NCBI GenBank assembly: GCA_965247095.1
Contig: OZ251997.1
Coordinates: 288,001 to 352,000 of the forward strand
Direction of reading: 5' to 3'
From: Candidatus Multivorans sp.
GTDB lineage: Bacteria > Acidobacteriota > Thermoanaerobaculia > Multivoradales > Multivoraceae
DNA: 64,000 nt
The stretch's first letter is position 1. Each line of letters starts with the position of its first letter. Below are positions 19,373 to 29,705 of this stretch, one piece after another. Made by a program: the position numbers and the translations under genes. The notes under the pieces were generated by a model. The model saw only the letters and a list, made by a program, of their open reading frames with translations, was not told the origin of the DNA and made no database searches.

Positions 19373-20904
19373 CGGCACTCGGCCGAGCCCGCTCCGTCGA
19401 GCTGAACGGATCGGCCGCAGAACTCCTGCTCGCACATGGCGCGCAACGTGTCCCGATCCTCGACGTTCGCCCAGCTTCTGCGGCCGTCGGGCAGCCGGCA
19501 GGCCACGTGGGCGACGGTGGGGACGAAGCTCGGGGCTTCCCGCTCGCCGTAGACCGAGCGGTAGGAGGTGGTCGACTTCGCGCTGCCGCCGCCGAACATC
19601 ACGGCGTAGGTCTCGATCTCGGCCGGACCGGCGTAGCCGGTGACCGCTTCGCGCTTGGGGAGAGCATGGACCTCGTCTGTGAGGTCCTCGTGACGGTAGG
19701 GCCGGGCCGGCTCTTCGTTGCTGTAGACGCCGAAGGAGTGCTTGGTCAGCATGCCGCCATTCGCGGTGACCAGGGCCCGGCCGCCGTCCTTCTCGCGCAG
19801 GAGTTCGGCGGTGCGGGCGATCGAGTGCATGACGTAGCTGTTGAGCGGACCGCCGCCGAAGGTCAGGCCGCCGGTGACGGTGAGCGGGCGCTGCGGGTCG
19901 AGACCGAGCTCCCGGGCGGCGACCTGCACCGAACTCGGGAAGCAACTGTAGACGTCGACGAAGTCGAGGTCGGCCACTTCGACGCCTGCGAGTTCGAGTG
20001 CCCTACGGCCGGCGAGACGGATCGCGGGCGATGAGTAGAGGTCGTCGCGTTCGGAGACGAAGTAGTGATCGACGGCGTCGGTGCCGGAGAGCGGGAAGAT
20101 CATCTTCGAGCGTGGCACCCCCAGCGCCCGTGCGACGTCGAGCGAGCAGAGCACGAGCGCCGCCGCCATGTCGACCCGCATGTTCGCGTTCATCAGCTTG
20201 GTGTAGGGGTAGGTCACGGCGCGGTTCGCGGGCGACACGGTGCCGATCTCGGCGGCGGTCAGAGGACGCCTGATCCAGGCGTTGGGGTTGTCCTGCGCGA
20301 CCTGGTTGAAGCCGGCCCAGAGCTCCGCGATCCGGGCCCGATGAGCGTCTACTGCCTCGCCGTTTCGGTGCCGCAGGGCGATCTCGAACAGGGAGTAGTA
20401 CTGGACCGCCTGCTGGATGCCGCAGGCCATCTCCATCTCGTGCCGCGTCCAGCGGGTGTCGCCGTAGTTTGTGTCCGGCAGCTTGGGTGGGTCGTCGTCG
20501 ACGAGCCAGTCCAGGTCCACGCCCATCTTGCCCGCCCGCCCCATCGTCCGGCCGCATTCCGCCGCGCAGAGCACGACGACTTCGCGGCGCCCGCCCTGGA
20601 TGTCGAGCGCGGTCTGGTTGAAGACCGCCTGGACCTGGTTGCCGCCGACCACGGACAGCCCGGTTTCGGCGCCGTGAAGATCGAGGGCCTCGATCACCGC
20701 GAGGGCCGGGTTCCTGTAGCCCCAGACCCCCTTCATCGCGCGCACCGAGCCGATCCGCCCGGGCAGCCCGGGGGCTTCGGCGTCGTCGACCGCGTTCCGC
20801 ACGGCCTCGATCATCAGTTCGATCGGCGGCCGGGCCTCGGCTGGATCGTCGGCGCGCTGCAGGACCTGGGCGACGCCGACCAGAACGGGGGTGCGTTGGG
20901 TCAT
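19369..20904 (-). CDS. Thiolase-like protein (acetyl-CoA acetyltransferase family) with extra C-terminal domain
   Basis: RTPVLVGVAQ, YPYTKLMNAN, DVYSCFPSSVQ, TVTGGLTFGGGPLNSYVMHSIA, NGGMLTKH. Confidence 0.88.
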   Translation of the reverse strand: MTQRTPVLVGVAQVLQRADDPAEARPPIELMIEAVRNAVDDAEAPGLPGRIGSVRAMKGVWGYRNPALAVIEALDLHGAETGLSVVGGNQVQAVFNQTALDIQGGRREVVVLCAAECGRTMGRAGKMGVDLDWLVDDDPPKLPDTNYGDTRWTRHEMEMACGIQQAVQYYSLFEIALRHRNGEAVDAHRARIAELWAGFNQVAQDNPNAWIRRPLTAAEIGTVSPANRAVTYPYTKLMNANMRVDMAAALVLCSLDVARALGVPRSKMIFPLSGTDAVDHYFVSERDDLYSSPAIRLAGRRALELAGVEVADLDFVDVYSCFPSSVQVAARELGLDPQRPLTVTGGLTFGGGPLNSYVMHSIARTAELLREKDGGRALVTANGGMLTKHSFGVYSNEEPARPYRHEDLTDEVHALPKREAVTGYAGPAEIETYAVMFGGGSAKSTTSYRSVYGEREAPSFVPTVAHVACRLPDGRRSWANVEDRDTLRAMCEQEFCGRSVQLDGAGSAECR

Positions 20905-20916
20905 CTGGGCTGCGAG

Positions 20917-21027
20917 CCTGCGCGACAGAACGACACGAAGTGAGTTCTGTGGCGCGGGGTTCTGGTGAGGTGGGGGATGGGGCCAAACTCCGAGCCGGCG
21001 AGGCGTTTGGCGGCGCTTGCCTGCCGG
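20917..21027 (+). repeat. Repeat family D copy (empty site, no A insertion)
   Basis: TTCTGTGGCGCGGGGTTCTGGTGAGGTGGGGGATGGGGCCAAAC...GTTTGGCGGCGCT aligns with the reverse complement of 62291-62373. Confidence 0.8.
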
Positions 21028-21189
21028 GCCGGCTGAACGTTGTCGGATGAGGATCCGCGATCGGTGAGTGTAGCTTGCCGGTCGCTTCGCTGCCGCGCCC
21101 GTTGGCTAATCGCTACGGGGGACGCGGCGTTGATCGCGCTCCCGGATGGCACGGTGGTGCGGCCGGTCTACAACCGGCTCGCCGGGCAC

Positions 21190-21951
21190 GTCGCCGACGA
21201 AAACGAGGTCGCGCTTCCCGGCGCAACGGTCACCGTCAGTTCGCCCCTACCTCATGGGCTCGCGCACCGAGCTCAGCGACGAAGGCGGCCTGGTTCAGCG
21301 GCCACAGCGGCGGCGACCACGAACTGCGGCTCGGAGTCGACTATGGCGATGTGGGTTACCGCAGGCAGGGCAACCTGACCGGCGGCGGCCTGTTCCTGAC
21401 CTGGGGCGGCCGGCCCTTCAGGTACCTTGTGCAGCCGCTCTCGGGTCCGACCGAGACGGAAGGACGCCTGGTGACCGCGTATCTCCAGGACACGTGGCGC
21501 CCGACCCATGAACTTACGCTCAAGTTCGGTGTGCGGAGAGACGAGGTGTCGTTCACCAACGACATCGGCAACAAGGTCGCGGATATGGCCAAGCTGCAGC
21601 CGCGGCTGGGTCTGGCATGGGACGTCACCGGGAACGCGAAGGTGGTTCTTCCTGCGTTCCTTCGCGGGTGAACCGAACCGGATCGCCGACGGCCTCAAGC
21701 CGACGTTCGCGGAAGAGGCGATCGTGGGTGTGGAGATGGAGGTCGCGCGCCGGACGTCCAGCGGGCTGACCTACGTCGACAAGGTGACGTCGGACATCTT
21801 CGAGGACACATGCAGCGGCAACTGGCCGACTCCGACGCCGATCGCCGACTGCACCCGTTCGAGAGGGTGCCGGCGCGACATCGAGGTGGGCGACCCGACG
21901 CGCTACCGGGAGCCCCGGCGATTCGAGGCCGGCGTGCGATTCGAGTTCTGA
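21190..21951 (+). pseudogene. Collapsed TonB-dependent receptor remnant
   Basis: Collinear fragments in different frames: LPGATVTVSSP; HELRLGVDY; YLQDTWRPTHELTLKFGVRRD; QPRLGLAWDVTGNAK; LKPTFAEEAIVGVE; PRRFEAGVRFEF-stop. Confidence 0.8.
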
Positions 21952-22043
21952 GCCCGTGGTGCGGCGGCGGGTGGAATGGGGCGCCGGCTCCCCGGTTGAC
22001 AGCGCTGCGCTAACGTTGCCGGGCTCGGCACCGGCCCCCGCAC

Positions 22044-23786
22044 ATGCTCACCAAGCTCACGATCCGCAACTTCAAGCGCTTCGAGGAGGTCGAGATCCAA
22101 CTCGGCAACCCCGTGGTGTTCGTCGGACCGAACAATTCAGGGAAGACATCGGCGCTGCAGGCGCTCGCGCTTTGGGATCTCGGCCTGAAGCGCTGGAACG
22201 AGAAGCGGGCGGGTCAGAAGGCGCCGGAGAAGCGGCCGGGGGTGGCCGTCAACCGGCGCGACCTGGTGGCGGCGCCGGTGCCGGTCGCGAATCTACTCTG
22301 GCGCGACCTTCACACGCGGAACGTCCTCGTGGAGAACGGCAGGCAGAGAACGGAAAACGTTCGCGTCGATGTGATTGTCGACGGCCACGACAACGAAGGC
22401 GCCTGGTCGTGCGGCTTGGAGTTCGACTACGCGAATGCGGAGTCGTTCTATTGCCGCCCGCTGAGGCTGAGCGTCGGGCGGACGCCGAAACGGATGTCCG
22501 TACCGGAGCAGGCGAGTTCGGTGCGCCTTGCCTATCTGCCGTCCATGTCAGGGCTGGCTGCGAACGAGGCACGCATCGACCCGGGGGCGGTCAACGTTCG
22601 GTTGGGCGAGGGGCGTACTTCGGAAGTGCTGCGCAACGTCTGCCATCGCCTTCATACGGAGCAACCGGACGCCTGGGACTCAGTGGTTCAGACGATCGTG
22701 CGGTTGTTTGGAGTCCAGATCGCCCCGCCGCGTTACGTTGCGGATCGAGGCGAAGTCGCGATGGAGTACCGTGAGGGGCGGGTGCTGCTTGATCTGTCGT
22801 CAAGCGGCATAGGACTGCAGCAGACTCTCATGCTGCTCTCGTATCTTGCTCTGAATCCGAGAACGGTTCTCTTGCTCGACGAACCGGATGCCCATCTGGA
22901 GACACTGCGCCAGCGTGAGATCTACTGTTTGATCCGTGAGGCCGCCGAGGAACACGACAGTCAGATTCTGGTTGCCAGTCATTCCGAAGTGCTGCTGAAT
23001 GAGGCCGCGGGCGCCGACATGGTCATCGCCTTCATCGGAGAACCGCATCGGATCGACGCCGGTCCTAGCCAAGTCACGAAAGCGCTTCGCAGTATCGGTT
23101 TCGACCAGTACCTTCAGGCTCGACAGACGGGATGGGTTCTCTATATCGAGGGCTCCACCGATCTTGCCATTCTCCAGGCGTTCGCCAAGAGGTTGGACCA
23201 CAAGTCTGCCATGAGAGCGTTAGAACGTCCGCTTGTGAGTTACATCGGCAACCAGTTCTCGAAAGCAGAGTCTCATTTCTTCGGCCTGCGGGAAGCCTGG
23301 CCTCACCTCCGCGGTATCGCGATCATGGATGAGTCGGATCGAGAAAGAGACCCGGGCGGAGGGCTGGTGCGAAGCCTGTGGCGGCGTCGAGAGGCCGAGA
23401 ACTACCTCTGCACGCGGGCGACGCTTGAGTCCTTTGCGTCCGGGCTTGCGAAGGAGATGGCGCTTGGACCCCTGTTTGAGACCGCTGAAGTCAGTCGCAG
23501 GGTCGATCTGATGCGCCGGATGATCTCGGAGGTCGAGAGCGCGTTGCTGCGGCTCGGCCGCCCGCCGCCATGGAGTGCTGAGTGCAAGGTCAGCGACGAT
23601 TTCCTGGCGCCCCTGTTCGAGGGGTACTTCAGTGAACTCGGAGAACCGAACCGCATGACGAAGGCGAACTTCCACCGGCTGGTCGACTGCGTGCCGGAAG
23701 AGGAGGTCGACCCTGAAGTGGTGGAGAAGCTCGACTTGATCGCCAATGTTGCGGCGGCCGCCGAGGCCGCGCGCGACGACGCCTGA
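22044..23786 (+). CDS. ABC/SMC-like ATPase fused to a TOPRIM-like domain (OLD-family-like nuclease)
   Basis: IRNFKRF, Walker A GPNNSGKT, signature LSSSGIG, Walker B LLLDEPDAHL, ASHS; C-terminal YIEGSTD, MDESD, REAENYL. Confidence 0.8.
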   Translation: MLTKLTIRNFKRFEEVEIQLGNPVVFVGPNNSGKTSALQALALWDLGLKRWNEKRAGQKAPEKRPGVAVNRRDLVAAPVPVANLLWRDLHTRNVLVENGRQRTENVRVDVIVDGHDNEGAWSCGLEFDYANAESFYCRPLRLSVGRTPKRMSVPEQASSVRLAYLPSMSGLAANEARIDPGAVNVRLGEGRTSEVLRNVCHRLHTEQPDAWDSVVQTIVRLFGVQIAPPRYVADRGEVAMEYREGRVLLDLSSSGIGLQQTLMLLSYLALNPRTVLLLDEPDAHLETLRQREIYCLIREAAEEHDSQILVASHSEVLLNEAAGADMVIAFIGEPHRIDAGPSQVTKALRSIGFDQYLQARQTGWVLYIEGSTDLAILQAFAKRLDHKSAMRALERPLVSYIGNQFSKAESHFFGLREAWPHLRGIAIMDESDRERDPGGGLVRSLWRRREAENYLCTRATLESFASGLAKEMALGPLFETAEVSRRVDLMRRMISEVESALLRLGRPPPWSAECKVSDDFLAPLFEGYFSELGEPNRMTKANFHRLVDCVPEEEVDPEVVEKLDLIANVAAAAEAARDDA

Positions 23787-23820
23787 TGCGGCAGTCGCCG
23801 CAACGAGCGGAGCGAATCGA

Positions 23821-24230
23821 ATGCCGCAGCACCCGTTCGACCACGGCGCGCTGATCCTGCGTGACGAGAACCTGGCGGCGTGGCCGCGGACGAGGAGGTC
23901 GTACGCGACCAGCTCGCCGAGTACTACGGCCTGATCACCCACCTCGACGAGCAGGTCGGGCGAATCCACCGCCAGTTGTTCGATCTCCAAGACGACCCCG
24001 GCGAACTGCGGAACCTGATCGCTGAGCCGGAGTACAGCGAGACCGCCGCCCGCCTCGATGCGCTGCTCGAAGGCTGGCGAGCAGCCATGGGCGATGCCGC
24101 ACCGCTCTGGGTCCCCGAACCGGCACCCCTACGCCGCGACCTCACCGGCACCGAACGCAAGCCCGACCGCTGGCAGCCGGAGTGGATCGTGGAGAAGTAC
24201 TTCGATGTGCCGGCCGTCGGAGACGGGTAG
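23821..24230 (+). pseudogene. Sulfatase C-terminal remnant with frameshift and internal deletion
   Basis: PQHPFDHG..RDENLAAWPRT; then in another frame AEYYGLITHLDEQVGRI joined directly to QLFDLQDDPGELRNL. Confidence 0.75.
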
Positions 24231-24254
24231 GTTCTGGATTCCGCCTGCGGCGGG

Positions 24255-24280
24255 GCGGGCGAGACGCCCGCGTTCCCAGG
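24255..24280 (-). repeat. Repeat family C (REP-like) copy
   Basis: GCGGGCGAGACGCCCGCGTTCCCAGG, also at 28851, 33818 and 49906. Confidence 0.85.
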
Positions 24281-24300
24281 GGGCGTGCGTGCCAGCGTCG

Positions 24301-25074
24301 TCAACGCGCCGATTCGGCCTGCGCGCGACCGCGGGCGCGGACGCCGGCCAGCCGCTCGCCGACCTCTTCCGGCTTCGGCGACTGGTACATGCGGTTGATC
24401 TCGACCTCGTAGTCCATGGCGTCGCCCAGGTTGAGGTCGAAGCCGCGGTCGATCATCCGCTTGTACTGGAACATCACATCGCGCTGGCAGGTGAGCATGT
24501 CGGCCGCCAGGGCGCGGCATGTGGGCAGGAGCTCCGCTCGCGGGACGATGCGGTTGACCAGGCCCCACTCGCAGGCCCGTTCGGCCGACAGGTAGTTGCC
24601 GGTGAGCGAGAGTTCCTTGGCTCGCGCCATGCCGATGGCCCGTGACAGCCGGGAGGAGAGACCCCAACCGGAGAGCAGGCCGATCCGGGCGTGGGTGTCG
24701 GCGAAACGCGCTTCGGGGGTTGCGATCAGCAGATCGCAGGACAGGGCGATCTCGAAGCCGCCGGTCACGGCGATGCCGTTGATCGCGCCGATCACGGGTT
24801 GGTGGAGCGAGCGGAGCAATTTCGGCGGGTCGGCGATGGCCTTGCGCTTGCGGTTCGGATCGCTCATCTCCTTCAGGTCGAGGCCGGCGCAGAAGGCGCG
24901 CCCCGCGCCGGTCAGGATGACCACTCCCACCTCGTCATCCCCGCGCAGGTCCTCGATCGTCAGGGCGAGCAGGTCGCGCAGCTCTTCCGAGAGGGCGTTC
25001 AGCACGCCCGGGCGATTCAGCGTGAGGGTCGCGATGCCCTCGGATTTCTCGACCGACAGCACCGGCGCCGACAT
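24301..25074 (-). CDS. Enoyl-CoA hydratase/isomerase (crotonase family)
   Basis: TLNRPGVLNAL, AFCAGLDLK, GAINGIAVTGGFEIALSCD, FADTHARIG. Confidence 0.93.
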   Translation of the reverse strand: MSAPVLSVEKSEGIATLTLNRPGVLNALSEELRDLLALTIEDLRGDDEVGVVILTGAGRAFCAGLDLKEMSDPNRKRKAIADPPKLLRSLHQPVIGAINGIAVTGGFEIALSCDLLIATPEARFADTHARIGLLSGWGLSSRLSRAIGMARAKELSLTGNYLSAERACEWGLVNRIVPRAELLPTCRALAADMLTCQRDVMFQYKRMIDRGFDLNLGDAMDYEVEINRMYQSPKPEEVGERLAGVRARGRAQAESAR

Positions 25075-25162
25075 GGCTCGAACGCTCCTTCCCGGGTTGA
25101 ACGGCTGGCATCTTACGGCACTGCGGGTAGGCTCTTCACGTATCTGCAGGAGGGAGCCAGCG

Positions 25163-26959
25163 ATGCGACGAGAACCTAGCCGTTCGGCGGATCGGAAGCC
25201 TGTAACCCTGGACCGCCGGACGCTGATGGCCGGGGTGGCGGGTGGCGCCGCGCTCGCGATCGGCTGCGGCGCAGGTGCTGAGCCGGGCGCATCCGAGTCG
25301 CAGGCCGCCGTATCAGGCGGTTGGACGCCGCCGGGCGACGAGGACCGGCGCGCCCTCGTATCGACGGCGCATTTCGGCCCCAAGCGGGCCGTCCGGAGCG
25401 CGAACGGCATAGCCATCTGCACCCATCCGCTCGCCGCTGCTGCGGCCGCCGACATGATCGCGCTGGGCGGCAACGCCTGCGACGGCGTGCTCGCCGCGAG
25501 CATTGCCCAGGCCGTGGTCGAGCCGCACATGACGACGCTGTCGGGCTGTCTCTCGATGCTCTACTACGACGCCGCTTCGGGCGAGTACAGCTACGTCAAC
25601 GGGATGATGGCGGCGCCGCAGGCGGTGCCGGATGTTCGCGGCATGGACGTAGCCGGGTTCGGGGCCCTGATGGCGAAGACCGACGGGACCCTCTGTTTCG
25701 TGCCCGGCTTCTGGGGCGGCTTCGAGGCCGGGCACGACCGCCATGGCCGGCTGCCGCGGGCCACCGTGATGGCGCCGGCGATCCACTACGCCCGCCACGG
25801 CTTCGAGATCCACCCCTTCCTGTGGGGCGAGATGTTCGTCGAGTCGTCGGTGCTGGGACGGGCGCTCTTCAGCCGCGAGATCTACTTTCGCGGCAGCACG
25901 CTCCGCGACATCGGCGACCTTCTGGTGCAGAGCGCGCTCGCGGACACCCTCGAGCGGCTCGTCGCAGAAGGCAGCGACCACTTCTACCGGGGCGAGTTCG
26001 GCCGCCGCTACGCCGAGACGGTACAGGCCAAGGGCGGTTTGATCACCGCGGAGGACATGGCGTCCTATGAGGCGTTCTGGGACGAGCCGGTGCACGGAAC
26101 CTACCGCGACTACGGCGTCGTCGGCTCGCCGGCGCCGGACTTCGGCGGTCAGGCGCTGGTCGAGATCATGAACATGGTCGAACTGCTGGACCTCCAGGCG
26201 GTGGGGCCGGCGTTCGAGTCCGGCGAGACGACGCTCAAGATGATGCAGATCGTCGGCCGGGTGTACGCCGACGCGGTCGGCGGCCGGTTCGACGGCACGC
26301 TGCCCGAAGTCGAGCGAGCGATCTCCAAGGAGTACGCGGAGGAGCGGTTCGCCGCGCTCGAGGGCCGTCCGGCCAGCCCCAACGACCGGTACGCGGCAGC
26401 CGGACCGATCCCGCCTCCGCCGGGCTCGAACCACGTCACGGTGGTCGACGCCGAGGGCAACGTCGCCACGGTGCTGCACTCGGTCATGTCGATGCCGTTC
26501 AGGACCGGCATCTACGTCGACGGCGTGTACGCCTGCGCGTCGGGCGTTCACCTGGGCTCCGGGCCGGTCGAGCCCGGGGCAAGGGCGCACGCGCGGATCT
26601 GCCCGAACATGTTCACCCGGCACGGCCGACCGGTGCTCGCCTCCGGGTCGCCGAGCGTGTCACTGACCGAGAACATCGTCCAGAACTCCGTGAACCTGCT
26701 CGACTTCGGCCTCGACCTCGAGACCTCGGTCCACAAGCCGCGGTTCGGCGGCTCGTCGATGAACGTTCCCGGGGCGCTGATGGTGGAGGCCGATCTGCCC
26801 GGGGGACCGGCGCGGCTGCTCCAGGAAGCCGGCGCGACCGTAGACGTGGTGAACCCCTGGAACTGGCTGTGCGGTTCGTTCGAGGGCGTCCTGATCGAGG
26901 AGGACGGCGCTGTGGCATGCGGCGACCCGAGGCGCACGGCGCAGGCGGTAGCTGTTTGA
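25163..26959 (+). CDS. Gamma-glutamyltransferase-family Ntn hydrolase with Tat-like signal; atypical active site
   Basis: DRRTLM signal, GGNACDG, VVEPHMT, A..GFEI, FYRGEF, GGLITAEDM, HVTVVDAEGN, DPRR. Confidence 0.88.
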   Translation: MRREPSRSADRKPVTLDRRTLMAGVAGGAALAIGCGAGAEPGASESQAAVSGGWTPPGDEDRRALVSTAHFGPKRAVRSANGIAICTHPLAAAAAADMIALGGNACDGVLAASIAQAVVEPHMTTLSGCLSMLYYDAASGEYSYVNGMMAAPQAVPDVRGMDVAGFGALMAKTDGTLCFVPGFWGGFEAGHDRHGRLPRATVMAPAIHYARHGFEIHPFLWGEMFVESSVLGRALFSREIYFRGSTLRDIGDLLVQSALADTLERLVAEGSDHFYRGEFGRRYAETVQAKGGLITAEDMASYEAFWDEPVHGTYRDYGVVGSPAPDFGGQALVEIMNMVELLDLQAVGPAFESGETTLKMMQIVGRVYADAVGGRFDGTLPEVERAISKEYAEERFAALEGRPASPNDRYAAAGPIPPPPGSNHVTVVDAEGNVATVLHSVMSMPFRTGIYVDGVYACASGVHLGSGPVEPGARAHARICPNMFTRHGRPVLASGSPSVSLTENIVQNSVNLLDFGLDLETSVHKPRFGGSSMNVPGALMVEADLPGGPARLLQEAGATVDVVNPWNWLCGSFEGVLIEEDGAVACGDPRRTAQAVAV

Positions 26960-27708
26960 GAATCCCGGTGCTCCGGCTCCTGCCGGCGTTCGCACTCGCG
27001 ACGGCCGGCGCCTTCGCCGGTGAGGTGACTGTGGCGGTGGCGGCCAACGCGGCAGAAGCGATCGAGACGCTCGCCGCCGAGTTCGAACAGGACAGCGGCC
27101 ACCGGGTCACCGTGACGGTCGGCTCGACGGGCAAGCTCTACGCCCAGATCCTCCACGGCGCGCCGTTCGACCTGTTCCTCGCCGCCGACCAGGAGCGCCC
27201 GCGGCTGCTGGTGGAGCAAGGGCTCGCGGCCCCGAACTCGCGCACGACGTATGCCGTTGGTCGACTCGTGCTCTGGCGCCCGGTGCCCGAAGCGTTCACC
27301 GACGCGGCCGCCGTGTTGCGCGAAGGCGCCTTCCGCCGGCTCGCAATCGCGAATCCTGATCTTGCGCCCTACGGCGCCGCCGCTCGCGACACGCTGCGCG
27401 AGCTCGGCCTCTGGGAGAGCCTCCGGTCGAAGATCGTGGTCGGTGAGAACGTGGGTCAGGCCTTCGCCATGGTGGCTTCGGGGAACGCGGAACTCGGCTT
27501 CGTCGCGCTCTCCTCGGTGCTCAGCGCCCGGACAACGCAGCCGGGGCGCCGTTGGGAGGTTCCCCCGCACTTTCACGCGCCGATCCGCCAGGACGCGGTG
27601 CTGCTCGACCGCGCCAGGGCCAACCCGGCGGCGCGCGACTTCCTTCGTTTTTTGGGCAGCCCGCGGGCGCGGAAATCCATCGCGTCCTTCGGCTACCTGG
27701 TCGACTAG
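26956..27708 (+). CDS. modA: Molybdate ABC transporter substrate-binding protein
   Basis: VAVAAN, GSTGKLYAQILHGAPFDLFLAAD, IANPDLAPYG, GENVGQA; start approximate. Confidence 0.92.
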   Translation: MRIPVLRLLPAFALATAGAFAGEVTVAVAANAAEAIETLAAEFEQDSGHRVTVTVGSTGKLYAQILHGAPFDLFLAADQERPRLLVEQGLAAPNSRTTYAVGRLVLWRPVPEAFTDAAAVLREGAFRRLAIANPDLAPYGAAARDTLRELGLWESLRSKIVVGENVGQAFAMVASGNAELGFVALSSVLSARTTQPGRRWEVPPHFHAPIRQDAVLLDRARANPAARDFLRFLGSPRARKSIASFGYLVD

Positions 27709-27735
27709 CTCCTCGGGCGCCGGAGTACCTGCGCG

Positions 27736-28402
27736 ATGGACCTGCCCGAACTCGGCCCGCTCTGGCTCAGCCTGCAACTCGCGGCCGCGGCGACCGCGGT
27801 GTTGATCGTCCTCGGTACGCCGCTCGCGTGGTGGCTGGCGCGCACCCGTTCGCGGATCAAGCCGGTTGTCGAGGCGGTCACCGCGCTGCCGCTGGTGCTG
27901 CCGCCGACCGTGCTCGGCTTCTACCTGTTGCTGCTGATGAGCCCGCGCTCCTCCTTGGGCCGCCTGTGGGTGGAGATCACCGACACGACGCTCACCTTCT
28001 CGTTCGCGGGCCTGCTGGTCGCCTCCGTCGTCTACTCGCTGCCCTTCATGGTTCAGCCGCTCCAGGCCGCCTTCGAGTCGCTGGGACGGGGTCCGCTCGA
28101 GGCGGCCGCCGCGCTTCGGGCCTCGCCGATCGACGCCTTCCTCACCGTCGCCGCGCCGCTGTCTCTGCGGGGTTTCCTGACCGCGGCGGTGCTCACCTTC
28201 GCGCACACGATCGGCGAGTTCGGGGTCGTGCTGATGGTGGGCGGCAACATCCCGGGCAAGACGCGGGTGATCTCGATCGCCATCTACGAGCACGTCGAGA
28301 CCCTGCGCTACGCCGAGGCCCACACCCTGGCCGCGGGTTTGCTGCTGTTCGCGTTTGCGGCGCTCGTGTTCGTCTATGTCTTCAACCGGAGGCTGCCGGT
28401 CC

Positions 28403-28413
<11 letters not shown>
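27736..28413 (+). CDS. modB: Molybdate ABC transporter permease
   Basis: LPLVLPPTVLGFYLL, YSLPFMVQP, FAHTIGEFGVVLMVGGNIPGKT. Confidence 0.95.
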
Positions 28414-29677
<1,264 letters not shown>

Positions 29678-29705
29678 CGACCGCCCGTCTGCTACGGTCG
29701 CCGCC

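Noticed and set aside
20905-24300. Prophage or integrative element
   Set aside because: No integrase, phage genes, tRNA target or flanking att repeats were found.
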